Shown: piece after piece, positions 10,536 to 20,083 of the stretch
Layout of the letters: each line of letters starts with the position of its first letter
How positions within the stretch are numbered: the first letter of the stretch is position 1
Assembly: GCA_039714535.1 (NCBI GenBank)
Contig: JBDLJC010000003.1
Coordinates: 42,178-106,177 of the forward strand
Direction: 5' to 3'
Source of the DNA: Thermodesulfobacteriota bacterium
GTDB lineage: Bacteria > Desulfobacterota > Desulfobulbia > Desulfobulbales > JAGXFP01
DNA length: 64,000 bases
Program-made: the position numbers and the translations under genes
The notes under the pieces: generated by a model
Seen by the model: the letters and a program-made list of their open reading frames with translations, nothing else
What the model was told of the DNA's origin: nothing
The model's database searches: none

Positions 10536-10919
10536 TTAAGCGATAGGTGGCGGGTTATCCGCATTATAGATCTGCTTAATCCCATTCTCTGGATTAAGTA
10601 CAACTATCTGGGGATGATAGCCCGAAAGTTCTTCAGCCGAAAATATGGCGTAACTGGCGATAATAATGAGATCTCCAATCATACCCTTACGAGCAGCAGC
10701 GCCATTCAAGGCTATAGTTCCTGAACCAGCAGGACCTTCGATTACGTAGGTATCAAATCTCTCGCCATTATTGATATTATAAACTTTTACTTTTTCAAAA
10801 GGGATAAGACCTGCTTCCTTCATCAACTCACAGTCAACGGTGAGACTACCTTCATAATTAAGATTGGAATCGGTTATGGTAGCTCGGTGTATCTTACATT
10901 TCAACATCGTTTGCAACAT
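10536..10919 (-). CDS. panD: Aspartate 1-decarboxylase
   Basis: Contains [21 protein letters not shown], including the GS self-processing site. It is adjacent to panC. Confidence 0.9.
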   Translation of the reverse strand: MLQTMLKCKIHRATITDSNLNYEGSLTVDCELMKEAGLIPFEKVKVYNINNGERFDTYVIEGPAGSGTIALNGAAARKGMIGDLIIIASYAIFSAEELSGYHPQIVVLNPENGIKQIYNADNPPPIA

Positions 10920-10937
10920 TCAAATCACCTTGTTTCT

Positions 10938-11780
10938 TTAAAACAGCAAAGAATTATCTATAAGTCTGGTCTTGCCGACCCTTACTGCCATGACGAGCAG
11001 AGAGTTTTCTGTAATGGTCTGCTGCACAGTCAGATCGTTATGATCAACTATGGTCAAGTATTCAATTTCAACATTATCATGCATACCTATCAATTTTTCA
11101 AGTTTTGCCAGTAGCAGAGCTGCATCTCGAACTCCGTCCCTGACCATTTCCAAGGCGGCGCCGATAGCCTTGGAGAGCGACAGAGCACTTTCACGCTCCT
11201 CCGGCGATAGATATTTATTCCTTGAGCTTAAAGCCAGCCCGTCTTCAGCGCGGACAATAGGGTGGGCAATAATGTCGACATCCCAACTTAGATCAGCTAC
11301 CATCCGCCGAATCACGGCAAGTTGCTGGTAATCCTTGCTGCCAAAAACAGCCAGTGACGGCTTAACAATATTGAAAAGCTTGGCCACAACGGTGCAGACC
11401 CCATCAAAATGACCAGGTCTGGCACTGCCGCACAGTCCTTCTGTCAAGCCCGCAACAGTCACTCTGGTTTTTGGTGATTCAGGATACATCGCTCGTTGAT
11501 CCGGCACAAAAAGTACCGCCACCCCCTCCTGACTCGCCAAGGAAATGTCTTGGTCAAGATCTCGGGGATATCTGGCCAGGTCCTCATCGGGGCCAAACTG
11601 AATTGGATTGACGAACAAACTGACAACAACCAGATCACCAAGTTCAGCCGCCCGACGCATCAATCTGAGATGACCTTCATGAAAATACCCCATGGTGGGT
11701 ACCAGGCCGATCTTCCGTCCTGAATCAAGCTGGGCCGCTGACCACGCTAACATCTGCTCCGGAGAATTTATAATTTTCAT
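10938..11780 (-). CDS. panC: Pantoate--beta-alanine ligase
   Basis: 280 aa with the motifs VPTMGYFHEGHLRLM and FGSKDYQQ. Confidence 0.92.
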   Translation of the reverse strand: MKIINSPEQMLAWSAAQLDSGRKIGLVPTMGYFHEGHLRLMRRAAELGDLVVVSLFVNPIQFGPDEDLARYPRDLDQDISLASQEGVAVLFVPDQRAMYPESPKTRVTVAGLTEGLCGSARPGHFDGVCTVVAKLFNIVKPSLAVFGSKDYQQLAVIRRMVADLSWDVDIIAHPIVRAEDGLALSSRNKYLSPEERESALSLSKAIGAALEMVRDGVRDAALLLAKLEKLIGMHDNVEIEYLTIVDHNDLTVQQTITENSLLVMAVRVGKTRLIDNSLLF

Positions 11781-11860
11781 GGCAGATTGATCAAAACAAA
11801 AGAGTACATCAAATAGAGAGACTAAGTCTTCCCGCCTAACGTAAATCCAAATTTAACGCG

Positions 11861-12568
11861 TCAGCTACCTTCTTCACCAGCCCCGCCTGTCTGCAAAGTA
11901 TTGATCTTCTCGGTCAGAATACTCTTGTCCTGACCGCTTATTTCAACGTTCTCCGAGGCTTCACGGTATACCCGAAGAGCCTCCTGCTTTTCTTCCTGCA
12001 GCTCGTATATTCTGCCCTGGGCCATCAACCCCTTAACTTCAAAGCCTTTATAGCCAGCCAGTTGTGCATAATAGGTCAGGGCTTTACTTTGCTCACCACT
12101 ATTTTCGTAGGCCAAACCCATATTGTAACTCAGAAGGGGCAAAAGCGGACTGTCACTATCAAGATCAGCAAAGATATCATTATAGAGAGACAAAGCCTCC
12201 TCATATTTTTCGTCCTGGAACGCCAGGTGGGCCTGCTCAACCTGACTCCAAAGGGCGGCATCAGTCCTGGAGAAATCATTAACAACGCCTTGTAAGAGTT
12301 CAACCCGGGCGGCAGTATCCTCTTCCAGAACGGCTAAGTTTAGGGCAGAAGAAGCCTTGGTTTCACGGGTTTCAGTATAATAGTCTAAATAAGTCCAGGC
12401 AAAAACCAATAGAACAATACAACCGGCGACAATCTGCAAATTACGGGCATTTGCACGAATAAACCTGGTAACGACGGGCGGCAAGTTAAGTTCATCAAGC
12501 AAACTCTCTTTGCGTTCGATATCGATGGTCTTCTCTTCTTTTCCAACAAGAGCGCTTTGCTCAGCCAT
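11861..12568 (-). CDS. Membrane-anchored TPR-like protein (YfgM-like architecture)
   Basis: Has a single TM segment followed by TPR-like helical repeats. The start is set at ATG 12568, which follows an AGGAG located inside the longer ORF-track version (12586). Confidence 0.55.
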   Translation of the reverse strand: MAEQSALVGKEEKTIDIERKESLLDELNLPPVVTRFIRANARNLQIVAGCIVLLVFAWTYLDYYTETRETKASSALNLAVLEEDTAARVELLQGVVNDFSRTDAALWSQVEQAHLAFQDEKYEEALSLYNDIFADLDSDSPLLPLLSYNMGLAYENSGEQSKALTYYAQLAGYKGFEVKGLMAQGRIYELQEEKQEALRVYREASENVEISGQDKSILTEKINTLQTGGAGEEGS

Positions 12569-12780
12569 TTGGTCTCCTCTACTCATAAATTACTTCTTAA
12601 TAATGCCTGCGGAAAAACAGGCGCAATATAACCTCATACTTTTAAAAAAGCATCGGGAAATTGCGGAAATTCGTCTTTCATATCTGAGTCTTCCGTATTA
12701 ATGTATCTTTCTTGCTTACTTGAACTGCGCTAAAAACAGACCATAACCCAAAAGCCTCTTATCGCAACCGACCGGCACCC

Positions 12781-14127
12781 ATGTTAACAACACACTCCGT
12801 TAAAATTCAATCTGTTTCAGAGTTAACCCAATCGATCAGAGGACTACTGGAAACAGAATTCCCCTTCGTTACCGTGAGCGGAGAGATATCAAACTTACGA
12901 AAACCATATTCAGGCCATCTCTACTTCACCCTAAAGGACAATAATGCCCAGTTACGGGCCGTTCTTTTCAAACAACAGCAACGTTATCTGGATATTATCC
13001 CGGCAAACGGCCTTGAAGTGATCTGCCGGGGGCGGATCACCCTCTATGAACCACGGGGCGAATATCAGCTTCTGGTGGATACCATCGAGTCCCTGGGGGC
13101 AGGTCAACTCCAGATCGCCTTCGACAAACTAAAATCATCACTGGCCCAAGAGGGCCTTTTTGATCAATCCGCCAAACAGCCCCTCCCCTTTCTGCCCGAA
13201 AAAGTTACCCTTATCACCTCACCGGGCGGCGCTGCGGTCCACGACTTTCTGCAAATGGCCGAAAATCGCTACCCCGGCGTACCGATTGAAGTAATCCCAA
13301 CCAGGGTTCAGGGTGAATTTGCGGCAGGTGAAATCGTTGAAGCCTTAACTGTTCTTAACCAACGTAAAGGTACAGACGTCATTATCCTCTGTCGGGGCGG
13401 CGGTTCTCTTGAGGACCTCTGGGCATTCAATGAAGAGAAGGTAGCCCGGGCAATATACGCCTCAAAGATCCCGGTTGTTTCGGCGGTCGGCCACGAGATT
13501 GATTTCACAATCAGCGATTTTGTCGCGGATTTCAGGGCAGCCACGCCGACCGGTGCTGCCGAAGCGGTGATACCCGATAAACTCGCTCTCCTGGCGAGGA
13601 TAAACCGGGCCAATAATGAACTGGGCAATAATTTACAGAGAATCATTGGCCGCTATCGCTTGCAGATTAACACCCAGGAAAGGATTCTCGGCGATCCGTC
13701 AATTTTATTGACCAATTTCTCTCTCAAGTTGAGAAACATAACCACAGAGTTTGGCCACGCCCTGAAAACCCGACTAAATACCAAACACCAGAAACTTAAA
13801 TTCCATGAAGATTCTCTAAGGGACGCCAATCCAGGCAGGGTTTTAACTTTAAAAAAGCAACGAATCGTTGAACTCTTCAAACTCGCACAACTGTTAATCA
13901 GACTCAAGATTGAGAAAGAACGAGACAGATTCGGCAAGGCTGCAGCATTGCTGGATGCCGTAAGCCCTCTTGCCGTTCTTGGTCGTGGCTATTCGATAAC
14001 ACGGGGAAAAACTGCTCGCAAAGTAATCAGAGACAGCCACGAACTCTCCGTCGGTGAAGAGATCGAAGTGATTCTCGATAGCGGTAGTTTAGAAGCCGAA
14101 GTAACCAGAACCAAACACCGAAAGTAG
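12781..14127 (+). CDS. xseA: Exodeoxyribonuclease VII large subunit
   Basis: 448 aa with an N-terminal OB-fold region (VSGEISNLRKPYSGHLYFTLKD) and a catalytic core (RGGGSLEDLWAFNEE). Confidence 0.9.
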   Translation: MLTTHSVKIQSVSELTQSIRGLLETEFPFVTVSGEISNLRKPYSGHLYFTLKDNNAQLRAVLFKQQQRYLDIIPANGLEVICRGRITLYEPRGEYQLLVDTIESLGAGQLQIAFDKLKSSLAQEGLFDQSAKQPLPFLPEKVTLITSPGGAAVHDFLQMAENRYPGVPIEVIPTRVQGEFAAGEIVEALTVLNQRKGTDVIILCRGGGSLEDLWAFNEEKVARAIYASKIPVVSAVGHEIDFTISDFVADFRAATPTGAAEAVIPDKLALLARINRANNELGNNLQRIIGRYRLQINTQERILGDPSILLTNFSLKLRNITTEFGHALKTRLNTKHQKLKFHEDSLRDANPGRVLTLKKQRIVELFKLAQLLIRLKIEKERDRFGKAAALLDAVSPLAVLGRGYSITRGKTARKVIRDSHELSVGEEIEVILDSGSLEAEVTRTKHRK

Positions 14128-14177
14128 CAAAAAGTAGAAAGGAGCAGATGAAACAGATAATCATTGCAGAATAAAAC

Positions 14178-14254
14178 TGGTCGGGATGAGAGGATTCGAA
14201 CCTCCGACCCCAGCGTCCCGAACGCTGTGCTCTACCAGACTGAGCCACATCCCG
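14178..14254 (-). tRNA. tRNA-Pro (anticodon CGG), CCA encoded
   Basis: The reverse complement reads CGGGATG-TG-GCTCAGTCTGGTAGAGC-A-CAGCG-TTCGGGA-CGCTG-GGGTC-GGAGGTTCGAATCCTCT-CATCCCG-A-CCA. This folds into a full cloverleaf with CGG at positions 34-36. Confidence 0.95.
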
Positions 14255-14345
14255 ACCCGGATGTAAAATCAAATACTTAAGACTGTTTTTACTGTCATTT
14301 GTTTTTCAGTTTTTGGTAATACTTGGTATTACCAAGGCCCGGCAG

Positions 14346-14623
14346 CTAGGTAATTGTCTTCTTTCCGGGCCACTGGGTTAAATGTTGGTAGCTCTTTAGC
14401 ATAGTGACTACATTATGTCCAGCCAATTCCGCAACAGCCCGTAGGGAACCCCTTCTTCCAGAAAGACAGTAAAAAAAGCGGCGGATATCGTGTGATCAGA
14501 AGGCCGCAGGTTACCCCTGTCCTTTTCTTCACAGTACCCTATAAGAGGCCGCACTGAATTGATCCGCCACACCTTAATATCTGATAAGACAACTGCGTGG
14601 AAATTTCGCTGAAGATCTAACAA
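14346..14623 (-). pseudogene. Decayed 3' fragment of a tyrosine recombinase (phage-type integrase)
   Basis: One frame of the minus strand gives ...NLRPSDHTISAAFFTVFLEEGVPYGLLRNWL. After a frameshift the reading continues as ...AGHNVVTMLKSYQHLTQ*. This resembles the integrase box II region (HxLRHT...G(V/I)...LGH....T..Y.H). The N-terminal two-thirds of the gene is missing. Confidence 0.55.
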
Positions 14624-14705
14624 GCAATCTGATCAATCTTCAGGGGCAGTTCACAATAACCTTTAGTCATTATAAGCCAACCCCTTCCTTAAATTTCCCT
14701 TAGTT

Positions 14706-17700
14706 TCAATAAAGCGCCGCCTCTCCTTCAACAACACGCAGATATTCTCCCAGTAAAACCCTCAAATCGGAGCTGTCAAAAGGCAGTTTCTCAACCTGCT
14801 GGACACATTGCACTAAGTGACGAATAACCTGCTCGCACTCTTTAAGAGAAGTTCTGGGCATATCGGTAAGGCCAGCCAGCCGATCAGCAATAACGGCCAG
14901 TTCATCAACGGAGGCTGGATATTGGCCGCCATAATCATCGAGCAAGTTAATGGCCTGCACCTGTAGCCCATCCGAATCTGGCTCAACCATAAAAGCATGG
15001 GTATAAACATCATACGGGACATAGCTGCCATCGAGGCCAAATGACACCTCGGTTTCTTTAAAGTATTCGCCACCCTGATCGGGAATATTCACAAAATAGC
15101 GATAAACAGCCTCTCCGCCGTCCTCGAAGCGGAATTGATATTCCAATCGTTCCTCGACAAGATCGAAAAGGGGTAAATAAATTAAACCTTCACCAAGTTT
15201 TTCGACCGCCAGAACATCCATACTCGAACCACGTAACTTTATTCTGGTCTCAAACAGGGCGATGCCACCGGCATCAGATCTAGCCTCCTGCGGCAGCAGA
15301 TATGACGCACCATTTCTTAACAGAGAGGCGTGTTCGGCTAACTCCCCGGACAGAGCCGATTCGATAATATTATAGGCAAAGAAAGCCGTCCGACCCTGGC
15401 CATACTCACCCAGCACCACGGCTGGCAGACCTTCTTCGGCCACGACCCCAGCCAGTTCACCACCATCGAGGGCCATCTTCAACATTCTGCCCTCGGCAAT
15501 CAGGGTCTGCTCCAGACCTATTGGACTCTCGGAAAGGAAGAGTTCGCGTTTACTCTCATTCATCGGCAGAGAACCGCTGAAATCAATCCCGAAAAGATCC
15601 TGCCAGATCGGATGAACGTTGTTGCCCCAGCTGGAGACCAAAAGCCCCATTCCCCGGTTCACGGCTTCACGCATCTCTCCCAGAAAACCGGCATCAAAAG
15701 GTGTATCCTGATTAATCACCATAGCCATATTGTAGATGCCTGAACGCAGCTCGCTCTTGAATTCATCCTTATCGGTGACCACACCAAGATAAATATCCGG
15801 GACGCCTAAAGCCTCCTCGAACAGCAATAGAAGATCATCACGGTCATAGGCTGGCCGGTTTTTGCCGTGCAAACCATCAGGATCTTCCGTCCAGACCAAT
15901 ACCCGGGGCAGATTCAAGATCCCGGTACTGACCTCAACACCGACCAGGGTAAAGGCCACCGATCTGACCGATTCGGTATTGGTTAGATTATCAACACTGT
16001 AGAAGTGGATGAGATGATCGCCAAAAGAGAGGTTCTCAAGGCGGAAGGGACTGTCATAGGTCCGCCAGTTGATCTGATCGTCAAAGCGATAATAGCTCGT
16101 ATTAACCCCGGAAAGCGGGTCAATTGCCGAGACAATCACCTGGGTCACTTTAGATAGGTAAGTACTGTCGTTACCCTCAAAACTCTTGCTGTTGAATTTG
16201 ACCCCGGTTACCGGTGGTTTGTTATCTAACACCACGGAATAGCTCTGCTCGGCTGCAACATTACCAAGCTGATCGGTGGACCGGTAGCCGATGGTATGGC
16301 CACCATCCGCCAGACCGGCGAGGTTGAGCGGAGCGTAGGCTGTCCAGCTGCCGCTATCGATTCGGTACTCGATTGCAGCAATGCCGGAGAAGACATCAGT
16401 AGCGCTTAAGGTAAATTCAGTTGCCCCCACCACATACATGGTGGTGTCCGTGCCAATATATTTCGGATCTCCAGTGGTGATAGTTGTTACCGGTGCGGTA
16501 TTATCCGCCACCACGGCAAGAGTCTGCTCAATTTCAATATTACCAAGCTGATCAATGGACCGGAATACGATGGTATGCGCGCCATCAGCCAGACCGGCGA
16601 GATTAAATGGTGCGTATGCTACCCAGCTGCCGTTATCAAGCCGGTACTCGGTGGTGGCAACGCCGGAGGAGGTATCAATTGCGCTTAAGGTAAACTCGGT
16701 GGCCCCACCTACATATAAAGTACCGTCACCAACCGTCTGCGGGCTACCAATACTGATCTCTGTTACAGGCGCGGCATTATCGACCATCACGGCAAGAGTC
16801 TGCTCAGTTTCAATATTACCAAGCTGATCAATGGACCGGAATGCGATGGTATGCGCGCCATCAGCCAGACCGGCGAGATTAAACGGTGCGTATGCTACCC
16901 AGCTGCCGTTATCAAGCCGGTACTCGGTGGTGGCAACGCCGGAGGAGGTATCAATTGCGCTTAAGGTAAACTCGGTGGCCCCACCTACATATAAAGTACC
17001 GTCACCAACCGTCTGCGGACTACCGATACTGATCTCTGTTACAGGCGCGGCATTATCGACCATCACGGCAAGAGTCTGCTCAGTTTCAATATTACCAAGC
17101 TGATCAATGGACCGAAATGCGATGGTATGCGCGCTATCCGCCAGACCGGCGAGATTAAACGGTGTATAGGCCAACCAGTTGCCGCTATCAAGACGGTACT
17201 CGGTGGTGGCAACACCCGAGAAGCTATCGAACGCACTCAAACTAAACACAGTTGATCCGCCCACATACAAGATGCCATCGGCCGCTGTATGCTTAGGATC
17301 ATCGCTAGTAATCTCAGTTACTGGTGCCGTATTGTCCACAATTACCGCCAGACTCAACTCATCCTCCACGTTACCCAGATTATCGGTTGAGCGGTAACCA
17401 ATGGTATGGCCGCCATCCGCCAGACCGGCGAGATTAAGCGGAGCGTACGCTGTCCAGCTACCGCTATCGATTCGGTACTCGGTGGTGGCAACGCCGGAGA
17501 AGACATCAGTAGCGCTTAAGGTAAACTCGGTTTCCCTAACCACATACATGGTGGTGTCCGTGCCAATATATTTCGGATCACCAGTGGTAATAGTTGTTAT
17601 CGGTGCGGTATTATCGACAACTACCGTCAAGCTCAGATCAGACTCCACGTTACCAAGCTGATCGGTGGACCGGTAGCCAATGGTATGCGCACCATCCAAC

Positions 17701-20027
17701 AGTCCGGCGAGATTAAACGGTGTGTAGATCAACCAGTTGCCGTTATCAAGCCGGTACTCGGTGGTGGCAACGCCGGAGGAGGTATCAATTACACTTAAGG
17801 TAAACTCGGTGGCCCCACCTACATATAAAGTACCGTCACCAACCGTCTGCGGGCTACCGATACTGATCTCTGTTACAGGCGCGGCATTATCGACCATCAC
17901 AGCCAAAGTCAGCTCGGCTTCAACATTACCGAGTTGATCTGTGGACCGGTAGCCAATGGTATGCGCGCCATCCGACAGGCCGACAAGAGTGAACGGGGCG
18001 TAAGCCAACCAAGTGGTGTTATCAAGCCGGTACTCAGTCGAAGCAATACCGGAGAAGCTATCGATAGCACTTAAGCTGAACTCGGTGGCCCCACCGACAT
18101 AGATAATACCGTCTGAACCAACCGCCTGCAGGCTGCCGATAGTGATAGTTGTCTCAGGCGCGCTATTATCAATCACAAATTCCAGCGTCTTATCAGCTTC
18201 CTGATTGCCTGCAGAATCAGTCGCACGATAGGTTAGTAAATTAGTGCCCTCGATTAATCCTTCCAAAGCAAACGGGGCAGAGTAATCTATCCATGAATCA
18301 GCACCATCCACCCGATATGCTATATCGGCTACCCCGGAGGCAACACTTCCGTTATCGGAAGATGTGAGTGAGATCAATGTCTGACCGGTTATATACAAGG
18401 TTCCGTCCGAACTAAATTGCGGTGTTCCCGTCTCAGCCGCACTCACAGGGGCAGTCCGGTCAAGTACAAAGTTAATCATCAGAGACGTGCTATTACCGGC
18501 CATATCCACTGCCGTTGCGGTCAAAGTATAAGCGCCCTCTTGAGTAATAGGCGTACCAGGCACATAAGGCTGGCCGTTCAGCAGATATGTTGTCAGTGCC
18601 TCATTGAGATGGAGATCATCAATGGTCAGATTCGGGATTAAATCACCATTGTAGAAACCACCTTGGACTACATTCTGCGGAATAATTACCGGCGCAGTCA
18701 AATCAATAGTAAACGAAATGCTTTGAGTTGTAGTGTTTCCGGCTGTATCTATAGCTGTTGCGGTCAGGGTATAAGTGTTTTCCTCGATTATGGCGGTACC
18801 CGCACTATAAGAGCTACCGTTCAAGGTTAAGCTTTGACTACCCGGATTCGTATCATCGACCGTTAGCTGCGGCGTAACGGCACCATTATAATGTGCCCCG
18901 TCCACGACGCCGGATAAAGTAATTATAGGATCAACATCATCGATAGCCAGGGCCGTAATTACCACACCGACACTTTCATTGCCGAAAGTATCATAAGCAC
19001 TGATGCGCAACGATTGTTCAACGCCGACAGCCAGCCCATCAACTTGCGCACTTGTTGCCTGGGGGGGGCGAACATCCGCCAACAAATCAGCGCCGAGATA
19101 AATGCGATAGCCCGCCGTATCAGCAGCCGTCGGCGGAGTCCAACTTAGAATAACCTGGCCGCTATCATCACCGGTTCTGTCAACCGCCCCAGCCGATGTT
19201 ACCTCGCCAGGAGCAACATTGACGGCCAGATCTATCGAGCTTTCACAATCAACTTCCCCGCCCGCAATAATGGCCTGTTCCAAGACAACATCAAGAGGAT
19301 GACTGTTGCCGGGATTGTCTATCTCATATACGTTGCCGACCACCAATGCGTTATCCGTCAGAATCTGGATAGATTCATCCAGAGAAAGTCCCAGTAACGA
19401 AGGCATAGGAGTAGTGCACCTTAAGGTAACAACACCTTCCTCATTGTAATCAAGCGGGTACGCCGGGCCACCGTCAAGCAGAAGAACATCCGTGAGAAAA
19501 ATCCTGATCTGTTCAGCTCCGACCAGTTCCCCTACTTTAAACATAAAACGGGCTACCGACCCGCTCCCGTCACTACGAATAGAGTCTTTGGTATGCGCAT
19601 AAGTAAAAAGGGCCGAGCCGTTCTCAAACGATTCATTATCGAGAACAAGGATACCGTTGTTTCCCTGCCCGTTAAGAAACATGGGACCAAGACCGGAACG
19701 GCTTGCCGTCGGCGCTGAGATTAAAAGGGGTGTGGAAACGGAAACATCAGCGCTTGTAGCCTGACCAAGATCATTCACTCCAGAGACAACGGCGCCGTCG
19801 GCAACGACATTAAGCCGGAACTGCACCGAGCCAAGCCCTTCGCTCGGGATTCCTTCGGCCATGATTTCGACTGAAAAGGACTCACCTGGCTCCACGCGCG
19901 CAGAGGAAGGTACAACCTTTACCCCGGCAGCCCAGGAATTTGCGGCAGCCAACAATAGCGACATAAAAAGGACCATAGTGCTCAACATCGCAACCTTGGT
20001 TTTATTCACTCGCCTTTCCGTTATCAT
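14706..20027 (-). CDS. Giant secreted modular protein. Domain order: signal peptide, cohesin-like domain, PASTA-like domain, FN3, three Ig-like domains, nine ~92-aa repeats, ~500-aa C-terminal region of unknown function
   Basis: Uninterrupted ORF. I prefer ATG 20027 (GAGAGGA lies 7 nt upstream) over the TTG at 20042. The signal peptide ends in ..AANSWA|AG. The cohesin-like segment is VKVVPSSARVEPGESFSVEIMAEGIPSEGLGSVQFRLN. The PASTA-like segment is LLGLSLDESIQILTDNALVVGNVYEID...VNV. The repeat consensus is TEYR(L/I)D.G.W..Y.PF.L.GL.DG.HTI.YRS.D.LGN.E. Confidence 0.85.
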   Translation of the reverse strand: MITERRVNKTKVAMLSTMVLFMSLLLAAANSWAAGVKVVPSSARVEPGESFSVEIMAEGIPSEGLGSVQFRLNVVADGAVVSGVNDLGQATSADVSVSTPLLISAPTASRSGLGPMFLNGQGNNGILVLDNESFENGSALFTYAHTKDSIRSDGSGSVARFMFKVGELVGAEQIRIFLTDVLLLDGGPAYPLDYNEEGVVTLRCTTPMPSLLGLSLDESIQILTDNALVVGNVYEIDNPGNSHPLDVVLEQAIIAGGEVDCESSIDLAVNVAPGEVTSAGAVDRTGDDSGQVILSWTPPTAADTAGYRIYLGADLLADVRPPQATSAQVDGLAVGVEQSLRISAYDTFGNESVGVVITALAIDDVDPIITLSGVVDGAHYNGAVTPQLTVDDTNPGSQSLTLNGSSYSAGTAIIEENTYTLTATAIDTAGNTTTQSISFTIDLTAPVIIPQNVVQGGFYNGDLIPNLTIDDLHLNEALTTYLLNGQPYVPGTPITQEGAYTLTATAVDMAGNSTSLMINFVLDRTAPVSAAETGTPQFSSDGTLYITGQTLISLTSSDNGSVASGVADIAYRVDGADSWIDYSAPFALEGLIEGTNLLTYRATDSAGNQEADKTLEFVIDNSAPETTITIGSLQAVGSDGIIYVGGATEFSLSAIDSFSGIASTEYRLDNTTWLAYAPFTLVGLSDGAHTIGYRSTDQLGNVEAELTLAVMVDNAAPVTEISIGSPQTVGDGTLYVGGATEFTLSVIDTSSGVATTEYRLDNGNWLIYTPFNLAGLLDGAHTIGYRSTDQLGNVESDLSLTVVVDNTAPITTITTGDPKYIGTDTTMYVVRETEFTLSATDVFSGVATTEYRIDSGSWTAYAPLNLAGLADGGHTIGYRSTDNLGNVEDELSLAVIVDNTAPVTEITSDDPKHTAADGILYVGGSTVFSLSAFDSFSGVATTEYRLDSGNWLAYTPFNLAGLADSAHTIAFRSIDQLGNIETEQTLAVMVDNAAPVTEISIGSPQTVGDGTLYVGGATEFTLSAIDTSSGVATTEYRLDNGSWVAYAPFNLAGLADGAHTIAFRSIDQLGNIETEQTLAVMVDNAAPVTEISIGSPQTVGDGTLYVGGATEFTLSAIDTSSGVATTEYRLDNGSWVAYAPFNLAGLADGAHTIVFRSIDQLGNIEIEQTLAVVADNTAPVTTITTGDPKYIGTDTTMYVVGATEFTLSATDVFSGIAAIEYRIDSGSWTAYAPLNLAGLADGGHTIGYRSTDQLGNVAAEQSYSVVLDNKPPVTGVKFNSKSFEGNDSTYLSKVTQVIVSAIDPLSGVNTSYYRFDDQINWRTYDSPFRLENLSFGDHLIHFYSVDNLTNTESVRSVAFTLVGVEVSTGILNLPRVLVWTEDPDGLHGKNRPAYDRDDLLLLFEEALGVPDIYLGVVTDKDEFKSELRSGIYNMAMVINQDTPFDAGFLGEMREAVNRGMGLLVSSWGNNVHPIWQDLFGIDFSGSLPMNESKRELFLSESPIGLEQTLIAEGRMLKMALDGGELAGVVAEEGLPAVVLGEYGQGRTAFFAYNIIESALSGELAEHASLLRNGASYLLPQEARSDAGGIALFETRIKLRGSSMDVLAVEKLGEGLIYLPLFDLVEERLEYQFRFEDGGEAVYRYFVNIPDQGGEYFKETEVSFGLDGSYVPYDVYTHAFMVEPDSDGLQVQAINLLDDYGGQYPASVDELAVIADRLAGLTDMPRTSLKECEQVIRHLVQCVQQVEKLPFDSSDLRVLLGEYLRVVEGEAALY
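15950..18450 (-). repeat. Nine tandem coding repeats with a 276-bp (92-aa) period inside the 1,773-aa gene. The central units are nearly identical.
   Basis: The string CACGGCAAGAGTCTGCTCA(A/G)TTTCAATATTACCAAGCTGATCAATGGACCG recurs at 16512, 16788 and 17064, an exact 276-bp period. The antisense ORFs 16555-16827 and 16831-17103 differ by 1 aa in 90. The outer units are progressively diverged and mosaic. Confidence 0.9.
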
Positions 20028-20083
20028 CACAAATCCTCTCAAAAGGAATAAATCTAAAATATTTTTAAAAAACGCGGATCTCG

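Noticed and set aside
14027-14272. 81-aa minus-strand ORF
   Set aside because: It runs straight through the tRNA-Pro gene and the 3' end of xseA, so it is an artefact of ORF calling.
14313-14335. Perfect 10-bp palindromic hairpin (TTGGTAATAC-TTG-GTATTACCAA) between tRNA-Pro and the integrase remnant
   Set aside because: No U-tract follows it on either strand, so I do not call it a terminator. It could be an att or binding-site relic, but a single copy gives no basis for a claim.
16555-17103. Two nearly identical 90-aa plus-strand ORFs, which could be mistaken for duplicated small genes or a repeat array
   Set aside because: They are the antisense image of the 276-bp coding tandem repeats of the 1,773-aa gene. 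The period is a multiple of 3 and there are no unique spacers, so this is not a CRISPR array and not a set of separate genes.
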